Both the position numbers and the translations under genes were made by a program. 45,965 nucleotides of DNA, taken from Thermoguttaceae bacterium. GTDB lineage: Bacteria; Planctomycetota; Planctomycetia; Pirellulales; Thermoguttaceae. The notes beneath the pieces were generated by a model that made no database searches, had not been told where the DNA came from, and was given only the letters and a program-made list of their open reading frames with translations. Of this stretch, positions 1 through 10,080 are shown piece by piece (the first letter of the stretch is position 1; each line of letters opens with the position of its first letter). Where the stretch lies: the NCBI GenBank assembly GCA_051649005.1, contig JBOFGF010000234.1, positions 1-45,965 of the forward strand. Reading direction: 5' to 3'.

Positions 1-3000
1 TCAACATTTACTGCTCCCGAAGAACCCATTTTGTTCATTTATCCAGCCACTCAAGAAGAACGCAATTGGCTTCAATCATTCATTCGCACCGCCGCCGCCG
101 ACTTGAAAGGAGTGACCATCATTCCCGATCAGACACCGAATCAAGTCTCCGTTTGGGCAAAACCATCTGAACAGAAACTGATTGCAGCTGTCTTGAAACA
201 GATGCAGGAGAATCAGGCAAATGAAACGCCTCGACAATTGAAAGTTTTTCAATTGTCGGTCGGAGATTTAAAAACTGCTCAGGAAATTTTGACTGTCTCG
301 CATCCAGACGCGAAATTGTTCGCAGACTTACAAGGAAATCGCCTTCTCGTTTGGGCCACTCCGTCTGATCTCGAAAAAATCACGCAGTCGCTCGGAGTAC
401 AAGGAAGCATCGAAAATCGTCAAATGCTCGCATATCCGATTGCCGGTCCCAGTCCCGAAACAATTGCCAAAGTCATTCAAGATGTGTTTCAGGGACTCAA
501 AATCACACCTGAACCACAAACTCGTCGTATTCTTATTTGGGCAACTCCAGAAGAACATGTTACAATTGCCGAAATTATCGAACAAGCAAACAAAGATGTG
601 ACAAACAGCGAGGATTCTGAACTTTCAGAAAAATTTGTTGCATATTCTTCGGTGAATCTCGATCCAGTGATGATCCGAAATCTTGTTGCAAAAATGTTCC
701 CGAATGCCGACATTTTTGCCGATGTCGGAACCGATAAAATCACGATTCGAGCAAGAAGTCGAGAACACAAACGAATTGCAGAACTTCTCGAACAGCTTCG
801 TGAAAAAGACGACACACTCCGGCCAGTTTTGGCCATTTATCCATTTGGCGAGACCGATCCTGTCATGGTAGAAGCAATGCTCCGCAGTCAACTTTCTGGT
901 GCGGAATCAATGACATCAATTGACATCGTTTATCGACTAAATCCACTCTATTATTACGAACGAATGCCGTGGTATCGCTCACCGAATGCGTCAAAACCGA
1001 AAAAGCTCGGATATTACAAAGTTGATCCGAGAATGCAGGCGGTTTATGTTTTTGTGACGAAGGAAGATCAAGACGAAGTGGCACTTGCCATGAAACAGAT
1101 TATTGACGCTGATACACAAGAAGGAAATCGTGCTGTCGTCAAACGTTATTCACTCGATGAAATGAGTTTTTATGACATTTATTCGCTTTTGGAACAAATT
1201 GCTCCTTCGGCGACATTCGATTCGATTTATACTTATAATGCAAATAATAGAAATTATCGTGCAAGTTATAAGGAATTTTTGGCATATACAAGAGAGAGCG
1301 AACATGCCAAAATCGAAGCACTGGTAAATGAACTTAATTTAGGAGGAAGTGTCGGCGCGAAAGAAGTGTTTTCCTTTTTTCTATCTGCCGAATCAAAACA
1401 AAGTCGTGACAATTTGATTGAAACGATTCAGAAAATTGAGCCGGATGTTCTCATTTTCGCAGGTAATTCGCCGAATCAAATTCTTATTTGGGCCGCACAA
1501 CATAAAATAGAAAAACTCAAAAAAGTAGTCGCCGAACTCGAAAAAGTCTCGCTCGACGACGCACAAGTTGTGAAATCATATCCGCTCCGTTTTTTGAGTA
1601 TTGCATCAGCTAAATCATGGCTTTCTGCAATTTGTCCGAATGCGATTTTTGATCCGAATCGAATCCCTGCTCCGCCGATTCGGCCAGTCCAGCCCGGAGA
1701 GCCGACAATGTTGGTCGTGCTCGCCACTCCCGTCGAACATCTCAAAATTGAAAAAGCTCTTTCAGAAATGGATGTCCAACTTCCTGAAACGCATTTGATG
1801 TCCCCCAGATTTTATTCGCTTGATGATTATCCGGCGGGTTTGTATTACTCTCTCTTCCTTTCACTGCGAAGTGCATTTCCAAACGCACTTTGCTCGCAGG
1901 GAGCCGAATTACATTCGATTTTGGTCGTGGCCAATGAAGAAGATCACAAAAAAATCGCCACTTTTCTGAAATCGTACAAAGAAGAACGAGAATCGAAACG
2001 AGCCACTCTCGAAGTTTATGCACTCAAAAAACTCAATTATTACAAAGTCGTTCCACTGATTCAGCGAATCGCTCCGCCTCCGACCGCATTGATTTTGCCC
2101 GCAACAAAGCCGGAACAAATTGGTGTCTGGGCGACTCCCAAAGAACACCGCGACATCGCCGCCGCTCTGGCACGACTCGAAGCCGCCGCTCTTGTCGAAG
2201 AAAATCAGGCACTTCGTGTTTACAAAGTCGGCAACAAAAAGGCACAGCTTTCCGTGTCTATTTTGAATTACCAGTTTCCCGGAGCACTTTCATTTGCGAT
2301 CAATCCCGATGAAATTCTCGTTTGGGCATGTGCGACTGACCATGAATCAGTTACAAAAATGCTGGAAACGGTTTCTGAAGCGTTTCCAGAGCCATTTATG
2401 AAAACCTATTTTTTCAAACATATTCCGATTCGAGAAGCATTCACGACACTGAATACGATGTATTCCAGCGAGGCGACTATTTCCGTTTTGCAGCAGTCCG
2501 GCGACCTCGTTATTTATGCAACACAAAGTATTCATGACAAAATTGCAAAAAATTTGAGTGCAATTGATCTGCCGCGTCCATCCGAATCCGAAGCACTTCC
2601 TGTCGTGTATGATTTGAGTGACATCCCACTGGCACAAATTGGATATGCCGCTCAGTCGATCCGCTCCGTTTTGCCACAAGCAGTTTTGCTTCCGAGCAGT
2701 ATTCCAGGTCAACTCGTTGTCTGGGCGAGAATGGACGACCAACAAAAAATTAGATCAATGGTCGATCAAATGCTCGCCGTGTCTCCACAAAGTTTGTATC
2801 AAATGCAGACTTATCAAATAAGACGCGGAACAGCGGTTTCTGTTACTCCCACTCTCATGTCGATTGCACCGAACGCGAAATTTAGTTCGAGTGTCAATCC
2901 GAATCAACTCCTCGTTTGGGCGAAGACATCAGATCAGCAGCGAATCGAATCTGTTATTGAAACTCTGAATCGCGGCGATCTCGCAGTTCAAATTGAAACT

Positions 3001-4602
3001 TATTCGCTCAAAAATACTTATGCATATTCAGCCAGGCAACAAGTTCAGAGTTTAATTTCATCACATGGTCTCGATGCGAAAATAGAATATGATTTGTATG
3101 GAAATCGACTGATTGTACAAGCAAGTGCAGAAGATCAAAAAATCATCGCCGGTCTCCTCGAAAAACTCCGAACGGAGGAACGTGAATTGGAAGTTTTCCC
3201 ACTCGAGAATACCGATCCTGTGACTGCATACACAGCAATCAGCACTCTTTTTGCGGATGAATCGTATTACACGGCTCCAAGTATTGATGTAGATCAAAGT
3301 ACAAACATACTTTTCGTACAAGGAACACGCGAACAATTGGAAAAGACTCGTCGTCTCCTGATCAACATGGGAGAATCGCATTTATTGCACCGCCCCGCCG
3401 ATCAATTGAAATCTCTGCATGAAAACGGACAAACCTCGCCACAAAATGGCGAAAGCTCGCCGGGATATTCGGTTTCAACAGGATCACCCACACTTCGCGC
3501 CGAGCAAAGTCGTCTGCGAATCATTCGAGTGGAAGGAGATGTGAAAGAAACAATCCGAGAACTCGAAAAACAGTGGCCGCAATTCCAACAAAATCGATTG
3601 CTCATAAATCATGGACAAGAGCCACTAATCCAGCAAAAAGAAGAACCAAAGTCGGACAGCACGAAACCAGATGCCACAAAACAAGATGCTCAAAAACAGG
3701 GAGGGATGTTTGCAATATCCGAAACAGAAACTCGCCCAGAAACCGGCACAAAACCAGCTGAATCAAAAGATGATGTTGCCAGCGTTCCAAATATCGAATC
3801 TGAATCGACACAAGAAAAAATGTCGGAAACGACGGACAATGTTGCTCCAACTTCGCCGCAATCAGTTCAGGATATACTACAAACTGTCGCTCCGAATGTT
3901 TATGTGACAGTCAATGACGATGGTTCTTTGACTGTCGCCTCGTATGACACGGAGGCACTCGATCAGCTCGAAAAGATACTGGGACGAATCAAGGAGCGCG
4001 TTGTTTTTGAAGGGCGTGATTACACAATTTATTCGGTGCGAAACATCAGTGCGACAGTTGTTGCTCTGAAATTGCAACTCATTTTGAGAGAACGACTGGC
4101 TGGTCGTCAAAATCGTGCGTTTTCAGCCCAATTGCAGTCGCCTGGACTGGAAATCACTCCAGATGAATCGACAAACACAATTTATGTGCGCGGCGGAAAG
4201 GCTGAACGAAAAGAGGTCGCCAATTTGATTGCGATGCTCGATGTGTCGGAATTGCCAGGAGAACGATCTGTTCGTAAACCGATTAAAGTTCCTATAAAAA
4301 ACACACATGCAGTGCGAGTGGCGCAGCAAGTCCTGAACGTATATCAACAAAAAATCATGGCGACTCGACTCCCCGGCGGAGTTTATCCACGAGTTACTGT
4401 TGACAATGTGACAAATTCTATCGAAATTATTGCGCCAGAACCACTCGCCTCTGAATTAAGAGAATATGCCGAAGATTTGGATCGGAGAACTATCGAGGAA
4501 CCAGCACGAAAAGTACACGTTATTCCGCTCGAAGTAAAATCGGGAGTCATTCAAAATGCTCTGCAAGTGATTCGTCAGTCAGCCGCTGGAATTGGTTATT
4601 AG
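1..4602 (+). CDS. Large multi-repeat secretin-N (GspD N-domain-like) protein, 5' end open at window edge; no C-terminal secretin beta-barrel
   Basis: Frame 1 is open from nt 1, so the track's TTG at 31 is probably not the start. About 17 modules end in the motif [ILV]x[ILV][WVY]A(T/K)Pxx(H/Q)xxI (NQVSVWAKPSEQKLI, NRLLVWATPSDLEKI, RRILIWATPEEHVTI, EQIGVWATPKEHRDI, NQLLVWAKTSDQQRI, TNTIYVRGGKAERKEV), like the short N-domains of type II/III secretins. A Lys/Glu/Thr-rich linker separates the last 3-4 modules. The ORF stops 13 nt from convergent uvrB. Confidence 0.6.
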   Translation, partial: STFTAPEEPILFIYPATQEERNWLQSFIRTAAADLKGVTIIPDQTPNQVSVWAKPSEQKLIAAVLKQMQENQANETPRQLKVFQLSVGDLKTAQEILTVSHPDAKLFADLQGNRLLVWATPSDLEKITQSLGVQGSIENRQMLAYPIAGPSPETIAKVIQDVFQGLKITPEPQTRRILIWATPEEHVTIAEIIEQANKDVTNSEDSELSEKFVAYSSVNLDPVMIRNLVAKMFPNADIFADVGTDKITIRARSREHKRIAELLEQLREKDDTLRPVLAIYPFGETDPVMVEAMLRSQLSGAESMTSIDIVYRLNPLYYYERMPWYRSPNASKPKKLGYYKVDPRMQAVYVFVTKEDQDEVALAMKQIIDADTQEGNRAVVKRYSLDEMSFYDIYSLLEQIAPSATFDSIYTYNANNRNYRASYKEFLAYTRESEHAKIEALVNELNLGGSVGAKEVFSFFLSAESKQSRDNLIETIQKIEPDVLIFAGNSPNQILIWAAQHKIEKLKKVVAELEKVSLDDAQVVKSYPLRFLSIASAKSWLSAICPNAIFDPNRIPAPPIRPVQPGEPTMLVVLATPVEHLKIEKALSEMDVQLPETHLMSPRFYSLDDYPAGLYYSLFLSLRSAFPNALCSQGAELHSILVVANEEDHKKIATFLKSYKEERESKRATLEVYALKKLNYYKVVPLIQRIAPPPTALILPATKPEQIGVWATPKEHRDIAAALARLEAAALVEENQALRVYKVGNKKAQLSVSILNYQFPGALSFAINPDEILVWACATDHESVTKMLETVSEAFPEPFMKTYFFKHIPIREAFTTLNTMYSSEATISVLQQSGDLVIYATQSIHDKIAKNLSAIDLPRPSESEALPVVYDLSDIPLAQIGYAAQSIRSVLPQAVLLPSSIPGQLVVWARMDDQQKIRSMVDQMLAVSPQSLYQMQTYQIRRGTAVSVTPTLMSIAPNAKFSSSVNPNQLLVWAKTSDQQRIESVIETLNRGDLAVQIETYSLKNTYAYSARQQVQSLISSHGLDAKIEYDLYGNRLIVQASAEDQKIIAGLLEKLRTEERELEVFPLENTDPVTAYTAISTLFADESYYTAPSIDVDQSTNILFVQGTREQLEKTRRLLINMGESHLLHRPADQLKSLHENGQTSPQNGESSPGYSVSTGSPTLRAEQSRLRIIRVEGDVKETIRELEKQWPQFQQNRLLINHGQEPLIQQKEEPKSDSTKPDATKQDAQKQGGMFAISETETRPETGTKPAESKDDVASVPNIESESTQEKMSETTDNVAPTSPQSVQDILQTVAPNVYVTVNDDGSLTVASYDTEALDQLEKILGRIKERVVFEGRDYTIYSVRNISATVVALKLQLILRERLAGRQNRAFSAQLQSPGLEITPDESTNTIYVRGGKAERKEVANLIAMLDVSELPGERSVRKPIKVPIKNTHAVRVAQQVLNVYQQKIMATRLPGGVYPRVTVDNVTNSIEIIAPEPLASELREYAEDLDRRTIEEPARKVHVIPLEVKSGVIQNALQVIRQSAAGIGY

Positions 4603-4615
4603 TTGCGAATCCATT

Positions 4616-6652
4616 TTATCGCCGACGTTTCGACTTTGATTTCCCCTGCTTTTTACTGCTGAAATCAATAAGTCGTGCATTTTTTCCGATGTGCTTTTTC
4701 ATTTCCTCAATTCGGTCACGAATTTGCGCAGCTAGTTCAAATTCGAGTCTGTCCGCCGCAGCAATCATCTCTTGTTCCAGTTCGATAATGTATTCTTGTG
4801 TTATAAAAAGGGCATCATCTTCTTGTCCAACTGCGGCATTTGCTTTTTGATGGGCTTCAAATTCTGCTTCGATTCCACGCACAATGCTTTTGCGAATCGT
4901 TTCTGGCGTGATTCCATGCTTTTTGTTATATGCTTCTTGTTTTTTCCGTCTCCGATCCGTTTCGTCGATTGCTCGCTGCATTGAATCGGTTATTCTATCT
5001 GCATATAAAATGACTTTTGCATTGACATTTCTCGCACTTCGTCCGATTGTTTGGACAAGTGCTGTTTCACTCCGCAGAAATCCTTCTTTGTCCGCATCGA
5101 GAATGGCGACAAGCGACACTTCGGGTAAATCAAGTCCTTCTCTGAGTAAATTGACTCCGACGAGAACGTCAAATCGACCAGACCGCAAATCACGCAAAAG
5201 TTCGACTCGCTCAAACGCATCGAGTTCGCTGTGAAGCCACTTGCAGCGAATTTTCTGTTTCTCAAAATAAGCCGAAATATCCTCCGCCAATCGCTTCGTT
5301 AGTGCTGTTACAAGAACGCGCTCACCAACTGCCACTCGCTCTCGTATCTGTTCCAGCAAATGCGGAATTTGTTTTGATGCAGGTGCCACTTCGACTATCG
5401 GATCGAGAAGTCCCGTCGGACGAATGACCTGTTCGATGACCTCGTTATTACATTGTTCGAGTTCATACGGAGCAGGTGTCGCTGAAACGAAAATCGATTG
5501 ATTGATTCGGGCTTCCCACTCATCAAATTTGAGTGGCCTGTTATCGAGTGCGCTCGGAAGTCTGAAACCATGTTCGACCAGATTCTTCTTGCGCGCCTGG
5601 TCGCCATGAAACATCGCGCGAATCTGTGGAATTGTGGAATGTGACTCATCGACAAAGAGCAAATAGTCGTCTGGAAAAAAGTCGAATAATGTTTCCGGCG
5701 GAGAACCAGGGGGACGATCAGAAAGAGGTGCGCTATAATTTTCGATGCCGGGACAAAACCCGATTTCCTGCATCAATTCGAGGTCATATCTCGTTCGGGC
5801 TGAGAGCCTTTGTGCTTCGAGCAGTTTTCCTTCTTCTTTGAAAACAGCGAGTCGCTCTGTCAATTCGGTTTCAATTCGAGCGACCGCTTTTTCAATGCGA
5901 GCTTCTGGCATGACAAAATGCTTTGCCGGATAAATGTAAAATTCTTTTTCTCGCCGAATAGTCGCCGCGGTTACTGGATTGACTATCGATATTTGCTCGA
6001 TTTCGTCCCCCCAAAATTCGAGACGAACCGCGAATTCTTCGGCACTGGGCCAAATTTCCACACAGTCACCTCGAACTCGAAAACGCCCCCGCTCAAAAGC
6101 AATGTCATTTCTGTCATATTGAATGTCGATTAGTCGAGTCAGCAATTTTTTGCGTGGGATTTCTTCGCCGACTCGGAGCGAGACCATCATATTTTTATAT
6201 TCTTCGGGAGAACCGAGTCCATAAATGCACGACACACTTGCCACAATGATCACATCTCGGCGAGAAACAAGTGAACTTGTTGCAGAAAGTCGCAGTCGAT
6301 CTATTTCTTCATTGATTGATGCGTCTTTTTCGATATAAATATCTCGCTGCGGAATATATGCTTCTGGCTGATAATAATCGTAATAAGAAACAAAATAAGC
6401 GACCGCATTATTTGGAAAAAATTCCTTAAATTCGCTATAAAGTTGTGCGGCAAGTGTCTTGTTATGCGACATAACAAGTGCGGGACGATTAAAATGGGCA
6501 ATTATATTTGCCATCGTGAATGTTTTGCCAGAACCGGTGACTCCTTTCAATGTTTGCATCCTTTTGCCTGCGTCGATGCCACGAATCAGAGCGTCAATCG
6601 CACTTGGCTGGTCACCAGAAGGATCAAAGGGAGCGCAGAGGTCAAACATCAC
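4616..6652 (-). CDS. uvrB: Excinuclease ABC subunit B
   Basis: 678 aa. Walker [20 protein letters not shown] box [11 protein letters not shown], helicase C region, C-terminal UVR motif [14 protein letters not shown]. Confidence 0.97.
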   Translation of the reverse strand: MMFDLCAPFDPSGDQPSAIDALIRGIDAGKRMQTLKGVTGSGKTFTMANIIAHFNRPALVMSHNKTLAAQLYSEFKEFFPNNAVAYFVSYYDYYQPEAYIPQRDIYIEKDASINEEIDRLRLSATSSLVSRRDVIIVASVSCIYGLGSPEEYKNMMVSLRVGEEIPRKKLLTRLIDIQYDRNDIAFERGRFRVRGDCVEIWPSAEEFAVRLEFWGDEIEQISIVNPVTAATIRREKEFYIYPAKHFVMPEARIEKAVARIETELTERLAVFKEEGKLLEAQRLSARTRYDLELMQEIGFCPGIENYSAPLSDRPPGSPPETLFDFFPDDYLLFVDESHSTIPQIRAMFHGDQARKKNLVEHGFRLPSALDNRPLKFDEWEARINQSIFVSATPAPYELEQCNNEVIEQVIRPTGLLDPIVEVAPASKQIPHLLEQIRERVAVGERVLVTALTKRLAEDISAYFEKQKIRCKWLHSELDAFERVELLRDLRSGRFDVLVGVNLLREGLDLPEVSLVAILDADKEGFLRSETALVQTIGRSARNVNAKVILYADRITDSMQRAIDETDRRRKKQEAYNKKHGITPETIRKSIVRGIEAEFEAHQKANAAVGQEDDALFITQEYIIELEQEMIAAADRLEFELAAQIRDRIEEMKKHIGKNARLIDFSSKKQGKSKSKRRR

Positions 6653-7379
6653 TTCCTCTTAATAATTCTGATTGAGAACAGGTGGTCTGCGAAATTTTCA
6701 CCGCATTTTCTTCGGCGGCACTTGGACGTGCATAAATAGGAAGAAGAGACCAAAGATCGTCTGAAATTCCCTGTGAAAGACGCGACAACGCCGCAATTCC
6801 AGCCGCCGATGCACTTGGACACCAGAGAGATGAATCGGCAATTGCAACAAAATCGGGTGATTTGGAATGCCATTTTTCCATTGCTGGTCCCGTGAAAAAA
6901 AGGGAATTATGCGATTCCGCCCACCAATCTGACACTGAAACGAGATGAGGCGAGCAAGTGGCTTCAAAAGAAGTATCGGATTTTTTGTCGCTCCGTCGAA
7001 AATTTTGTACGACAACATCGCCTCGCTGCGCATCTACTCCCACTGAAATGAAATTGATGCCAGAAACAGAGCAAAAAGGAATCGCACAGACTTCGTGAGT
7101 ACGAACGGCAACTATTTTTGCTCCGACAGAATATGCAAACAATTGTGCAGTTGCGACACCAACTCGTAAACCTGTAAATGAACCAGGCCCAACAACCACG
7201 ACAACCGAATCTATTTGCTGAGGAGAAACGGAGTATTTGCGAAGTAGTGAATCAATTGTCGGTGCGAGTGTTTGCGCACTGCGCCGATCTCGTGGCAACT
7301 GAATTTCTTCTATTAGGAGTTTGCCATCAAAAAGAGCGACACTGCCAAATTGTTCGACTGTTTCAATTGCAAGAATCAT
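6642..7379 (-). CDS. tsaB: tRNA t6A37 threonylcarbamoyl-transfer protein TsaB (YeaZ)
   Basis: [18 protein letters not shown]-terminus and the [16 protein letters not shown] motif. The ATG at 7379 is preferred over the track's TTG at 7388. The stop overlaps the uvrB start by 11 nt, which suggests an operon. Confidence 0.85.
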   Translation of the reverse strand: MILAIETVEQFGSVALFDGKLLIEEIQLPRDRRSAQTLAPTIDSLLRKYSVSPQQIDSVVVVVGPGSFTGLRVGVATAQLFAYSVGAKIVAVRTHEVCAIPFCSVSGINFISVGVDAQRGDVVVQNFRRSDKKSDTSFEATCSPHLVSVSDWWAESHNSLFFTGPAMEKWHSKSPDFVAIADSSLWCPSASAAGIAALSRLSQGISDDLWSLLPIYARPSAAEENAVKISQTTCSQSELLRGSDV

Positions 7380-7596
7380 AATTGGCAATCGGAATTACTC
7401 ATTTGCAAGTCCATCTGAAAACACTGGTCATCCGAAATTGAGCGTGCATAATGGCACCTCTATTTATTCACTTTTTTGTCAATTTCAAACGTGACAACAC
7501 TGTAATTTGTTGAAAGTTGAATTATTAGAGGTTCCCATAAAATGGAGTCGATTGTAAACTGAGTTAATTGGCGAGACACCCACCACCAGATGCAAA

Positions 7597-7956
7597 TCAA
7601 ATTTCAGAGTTTTCAGACTTTTCTGTCCTTTTGACTCGCTTATTCAAATCCATTTCGAGAATGCCAAACGTCTGTTCATGCCGCTCAACTGTGGCACCAA
7701 GTGCGAAAAGAAGGCGTTTTGCCGTGAAAAAATTCATGACGACTCGCTCCGTAATCGGAATCGAATCGGGCAAACCGATCGGCTGCGGATTCAGCGCAAA
7801 ATCAATAATGACCTCTTCGGGCATTCCAGTCACTCGGCAGAAATTAGCATAACTCGGCAAAACCTTGGAATCGTCAATGCGAACAACCTGCTGTTGTGAC
7901 GGATTCGGTTGTTGCTCAGGAGAAATAGATGGTGAATCCGACATGCTTTGTTTCAT
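7597..7956 (-). CDS. DUF3467 family protein
   Basis: 119 aa. YANFCRVTGMPEEVIIDFALNP ... FFTAKRLLFALGATVERHEQTFG matches the DUF3467 pattern as I recall it. Lies 26 nt downstream of tig on the same strand. Confidence 0.65.
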   Translation of the reverse strand: MKQSMSDSPSISPEQQPNPSQQQVVRIDDSKVLPSYANFCRVTGMPEEVIIDFALNPQPIGLPDSIPITERVVMNFFTAKRLLFALGATVERHEQTFGILEMDLNKRVKRTEKSENSEI

Positions 7957-7982
7957 TAGTTAAAAGTAATATGCGAACGATA

Positions 7983-9491
7983 CTATTTAGTTCGTGTATT
8001 AGGATCAATCCGTTTGCGCTCATCAATCTCTTGGTGAACTGCTTTCAAATCTGCTTCGCTGACTTCGGCAATCACTTCCGGCTCCGTCACAGCAGATCGA
8101 TCAATCGCTTCTTCATCGGACTCTTCCATTTCGAAGCTGACTTCTGTGAATTGGGCACTGTTACAAATCAAATCAATCACTTTTCGTTCGATGATTTGGT
8201 TTCGTAAAATGTCCATTTCATTAGATTTTTCAATTTGAGCACGAACCCGGCGCGGTGTTGTACCACTCTGAGCAGCGATCAATGCGATTTCGACATCATA
8301 ATCTTCCTGAGTTTCTTCGATTTTCTCCACTTCGGCAACTTTTTCGAGAATGAAGTGTTCTTTCAGAGCACGCGCCGTCTCAGTTTTACTGTTTTGGAGA
8401 ATAAAATTGAGCTGTGATTGAACTGCTTCTTGTGAAAACCCACTGCGCTGCAATTCCATGATGGCACGTCGCAATTCTCGTTCCGACTGCTTTTTAAGAA
8501 GACCAGGAGGAAGCTCCCACTGCGCTGAAACAGTCAACAATTCCGTAATTTGACGACGCACTCGCCGCCGCTGTTCGTGATCGAGTTGTCGCTTCAGAAT
8601 ATCGAGAACGGCATCTCGAAAGTCACCTTCCGTTTTATAACCACCCAGCTTTTCTAAGAACGAATCTGTGAGTGTTGGAGCAACCAATTTTTTCACTGCG
8701 AGAACTTCAAACTGGGCTTCCACCTCTTTCCCACGATATTCAGGATTCGCCGCATCATCGGTCAGTTTCGTCGTCGTTTTAATTATGTCGCCCGCTTTGA
8801 CACCGGTCATCAATTTATCAAAGCCTTCTATTGAACCATCATGGAACGACAATTTTGGACGGATTCGGATTGTTTCTTCACTCGAAGGTGACAGTAGTTC
8901 ATCCCCTGAGAAAAATGAGAGTTTCACTTCCAGATAATCATCAGGTTTTGCTGGCTCATCACTCGGTTCAAGTGCGGCATACGTCGCCAAAATCCGATCA
9001 ATCGCTTTGTCAACATCTTCCTTTGTAAAATCACGAACCGGCTTTTCGATTTTGAGACCTCGCCACTCAGGAAGGTCAAATTCAGGGCGAACTTCAATGG
9101 CAAATTCAAAGACAAATGGAGTACCTTCTGCCAAAACAAGCGACGGATAATCAAAGTCTGGCTCGCTGATTGGGGTCAAATCACTGTGATTGTTGACAAT
9201 ATCAAGAGCATCAACAACAAGCGCGCCTTTAACTCGCTCAGAAACCTCTTTCCGAAAACGCCGTTCAACCAACTTACGAGGCGACTTTCCGACGCGGAAA
9301 CCCGGAACATAAGCTGTTCGCTCCAAGTCGTCAAACTCACGAGCAAAATAGCGTTCAACTTCAGGAAGAGGAACTGTCAATTTGATGCGCCGTTCACACG
9401 CACTAACAGTAAAAACTTCAGTTGTTACTTCCAGTTTCGAATTGCCGGAAGAGGAATCAGAATTTAGAATGCCATCATCCAGAGCTGTCAT
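7983..9491 (-). CDS. tig: Trigger factor
   Basis: 502 aa. N-terminal ribosome-binding region with PGFRVGKSPRKLVERRF, a central PPIase-like region, a C-terminal helical arm and an acidic tail. Confidence 0.9.
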   Translation of the reverse strand: MTALDDGILNSDSSSGNSKLEVTTEVFTVSACERRIKLTVPLPEVERYFAREFDDLERTAYVPGFRVGKSPRKLVERRFRKEVSERVKGALVVDALDIVNNHSDLTPISEPDFDYPSLVLAEGTPFVFEFAIEVRPEFDLPEWRGLKIEKPVRDFTKEDVDKAIDRILATYAALEPSDEPAKPDDYLEVKLSFFSGDELLSPSSEETIRIRPKLSFHDGSIEGFDKLMTGVKAGDIIKTTTKLTDDAANPEYRGKEVEAQFEVLAVKKLVAPTLTDSFLEKLGGYKTEGDFRDAVLDILKRQLDHEQRRRVRRQITELLTVSAQWELPPGLLKKQSERELRRAIMELQRSGFSQEAVQSQLNFILQNSKTETARALKEHFILEKVAEVEKIEETQEDYDVEIALIAAQSGTTPRRVRAQIEKSNEMDILRNQIIERKVIDLICNSAQFTEVSFEMEESDEEAIDRSAVTEPEVIAEVSEADLKAVHQEIDERKRIDPNTRTK

Positions 9492-9565
9492 AAGTGGTCA
9501 GATTGAAAAGTAATGCTGTATTTCCCCCTCTGAATGAGCCTTCCAAGAGCTTTCCAAAAAGAAAC

Positions 9566-9693
9566 CTGAGAAATCGAAAAATCTGAGAAATCGGAAAACC
9601 GGAGTAATCGGAAAACTAGAGAAAATCGAAAAGCCAGAGGAGTCGGAAAACGAGAGGAAAGGGGAAAACGAGAGGAAAGGTGAATCGAAAAAA
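9566..9693. repeat. Seven head-to-tail 17-18 nt purine-rich units between tRNA-Gly and the tig start
   Basis: Plus-strand units: ctgagaaatcgaaaaat / ctgagaaatcggaaaac / cggagtaatcggaaaac / tagagaaaatcgaaaag / ccagaggagtcggaaaac / gagaggaaaggggaaaac / gagaggaaaggtgaatcg. The array abuts the 3' end of the minus-strand tRNA-Gly. Confidence 0.8.
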
Positions 9694-9765
9694 GCGGGCG
9701 AACGGGTTCGAACCGTCGACAACGACGTTGGCAACGTCGTGCTCTACCAACTGAGCTACGCCCGC
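9694..9765 (-). tRNA. tRNA-Gly (anticodon GCC), CCA not encoded
   Basis: Reverse complement GCGGGCGTAGCTCAGTTGGTAGAGCACGACGTTGCCAACGTCGTTGTCGACGGTTCGAACCCGTTCGCCCGC folds as a cloverleaf. Acceptor GCGGGCG/CGCCCGC, anticodon stem CGACG/CGTCG, loop TTGCCAA, T-loop TTCGAAC. Confidence 0.95.
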
Positions 9766-10080
9766 AAAAACGGTCAAATTCGGGACATCGACACCACAAA
9801 AACGCACAACCGAACGAAAATAAAATCAATTCGGAACATGTCGCCGAAACCAACCAAACTGATTGTACATGAAATAGACTCGAATGCAAGATGGGGGGTG
9901 TATTAAAAATTTTGACCGGATTATTTTTTTGTTTTTCTTCAAGTTTTGATGGTGGTTCTTCATGAACCCGCTTTTGTTGCCGCTTTCAATATAGTATAAT
10001 GACCGGACGTGCTGGTCACCTCGCAAAATCTGATCGCAAAATTTGAAAATAAAATAAAACATAATTAGTCGTCTTTTTCC

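Noticed and set aside
9488-9889. 133-aa minus ORF (and 9616-9807, 9498-9734) covering the tRNA-Gly region.
   Set aside because: They read straight through the tRNA gene and the purine-rich tandem repeats, so they are artefacts.
9995-10020. TATAAT followed by TGACC-N9-GGTCA upstream of uvrC, considered as a promoter plus an SOS (LexA-type) operator.
   Set aside because: The inverted repeat has only 5-bp arms and matches no LexA box I know. It does not recur upstream of uvrB in this window.
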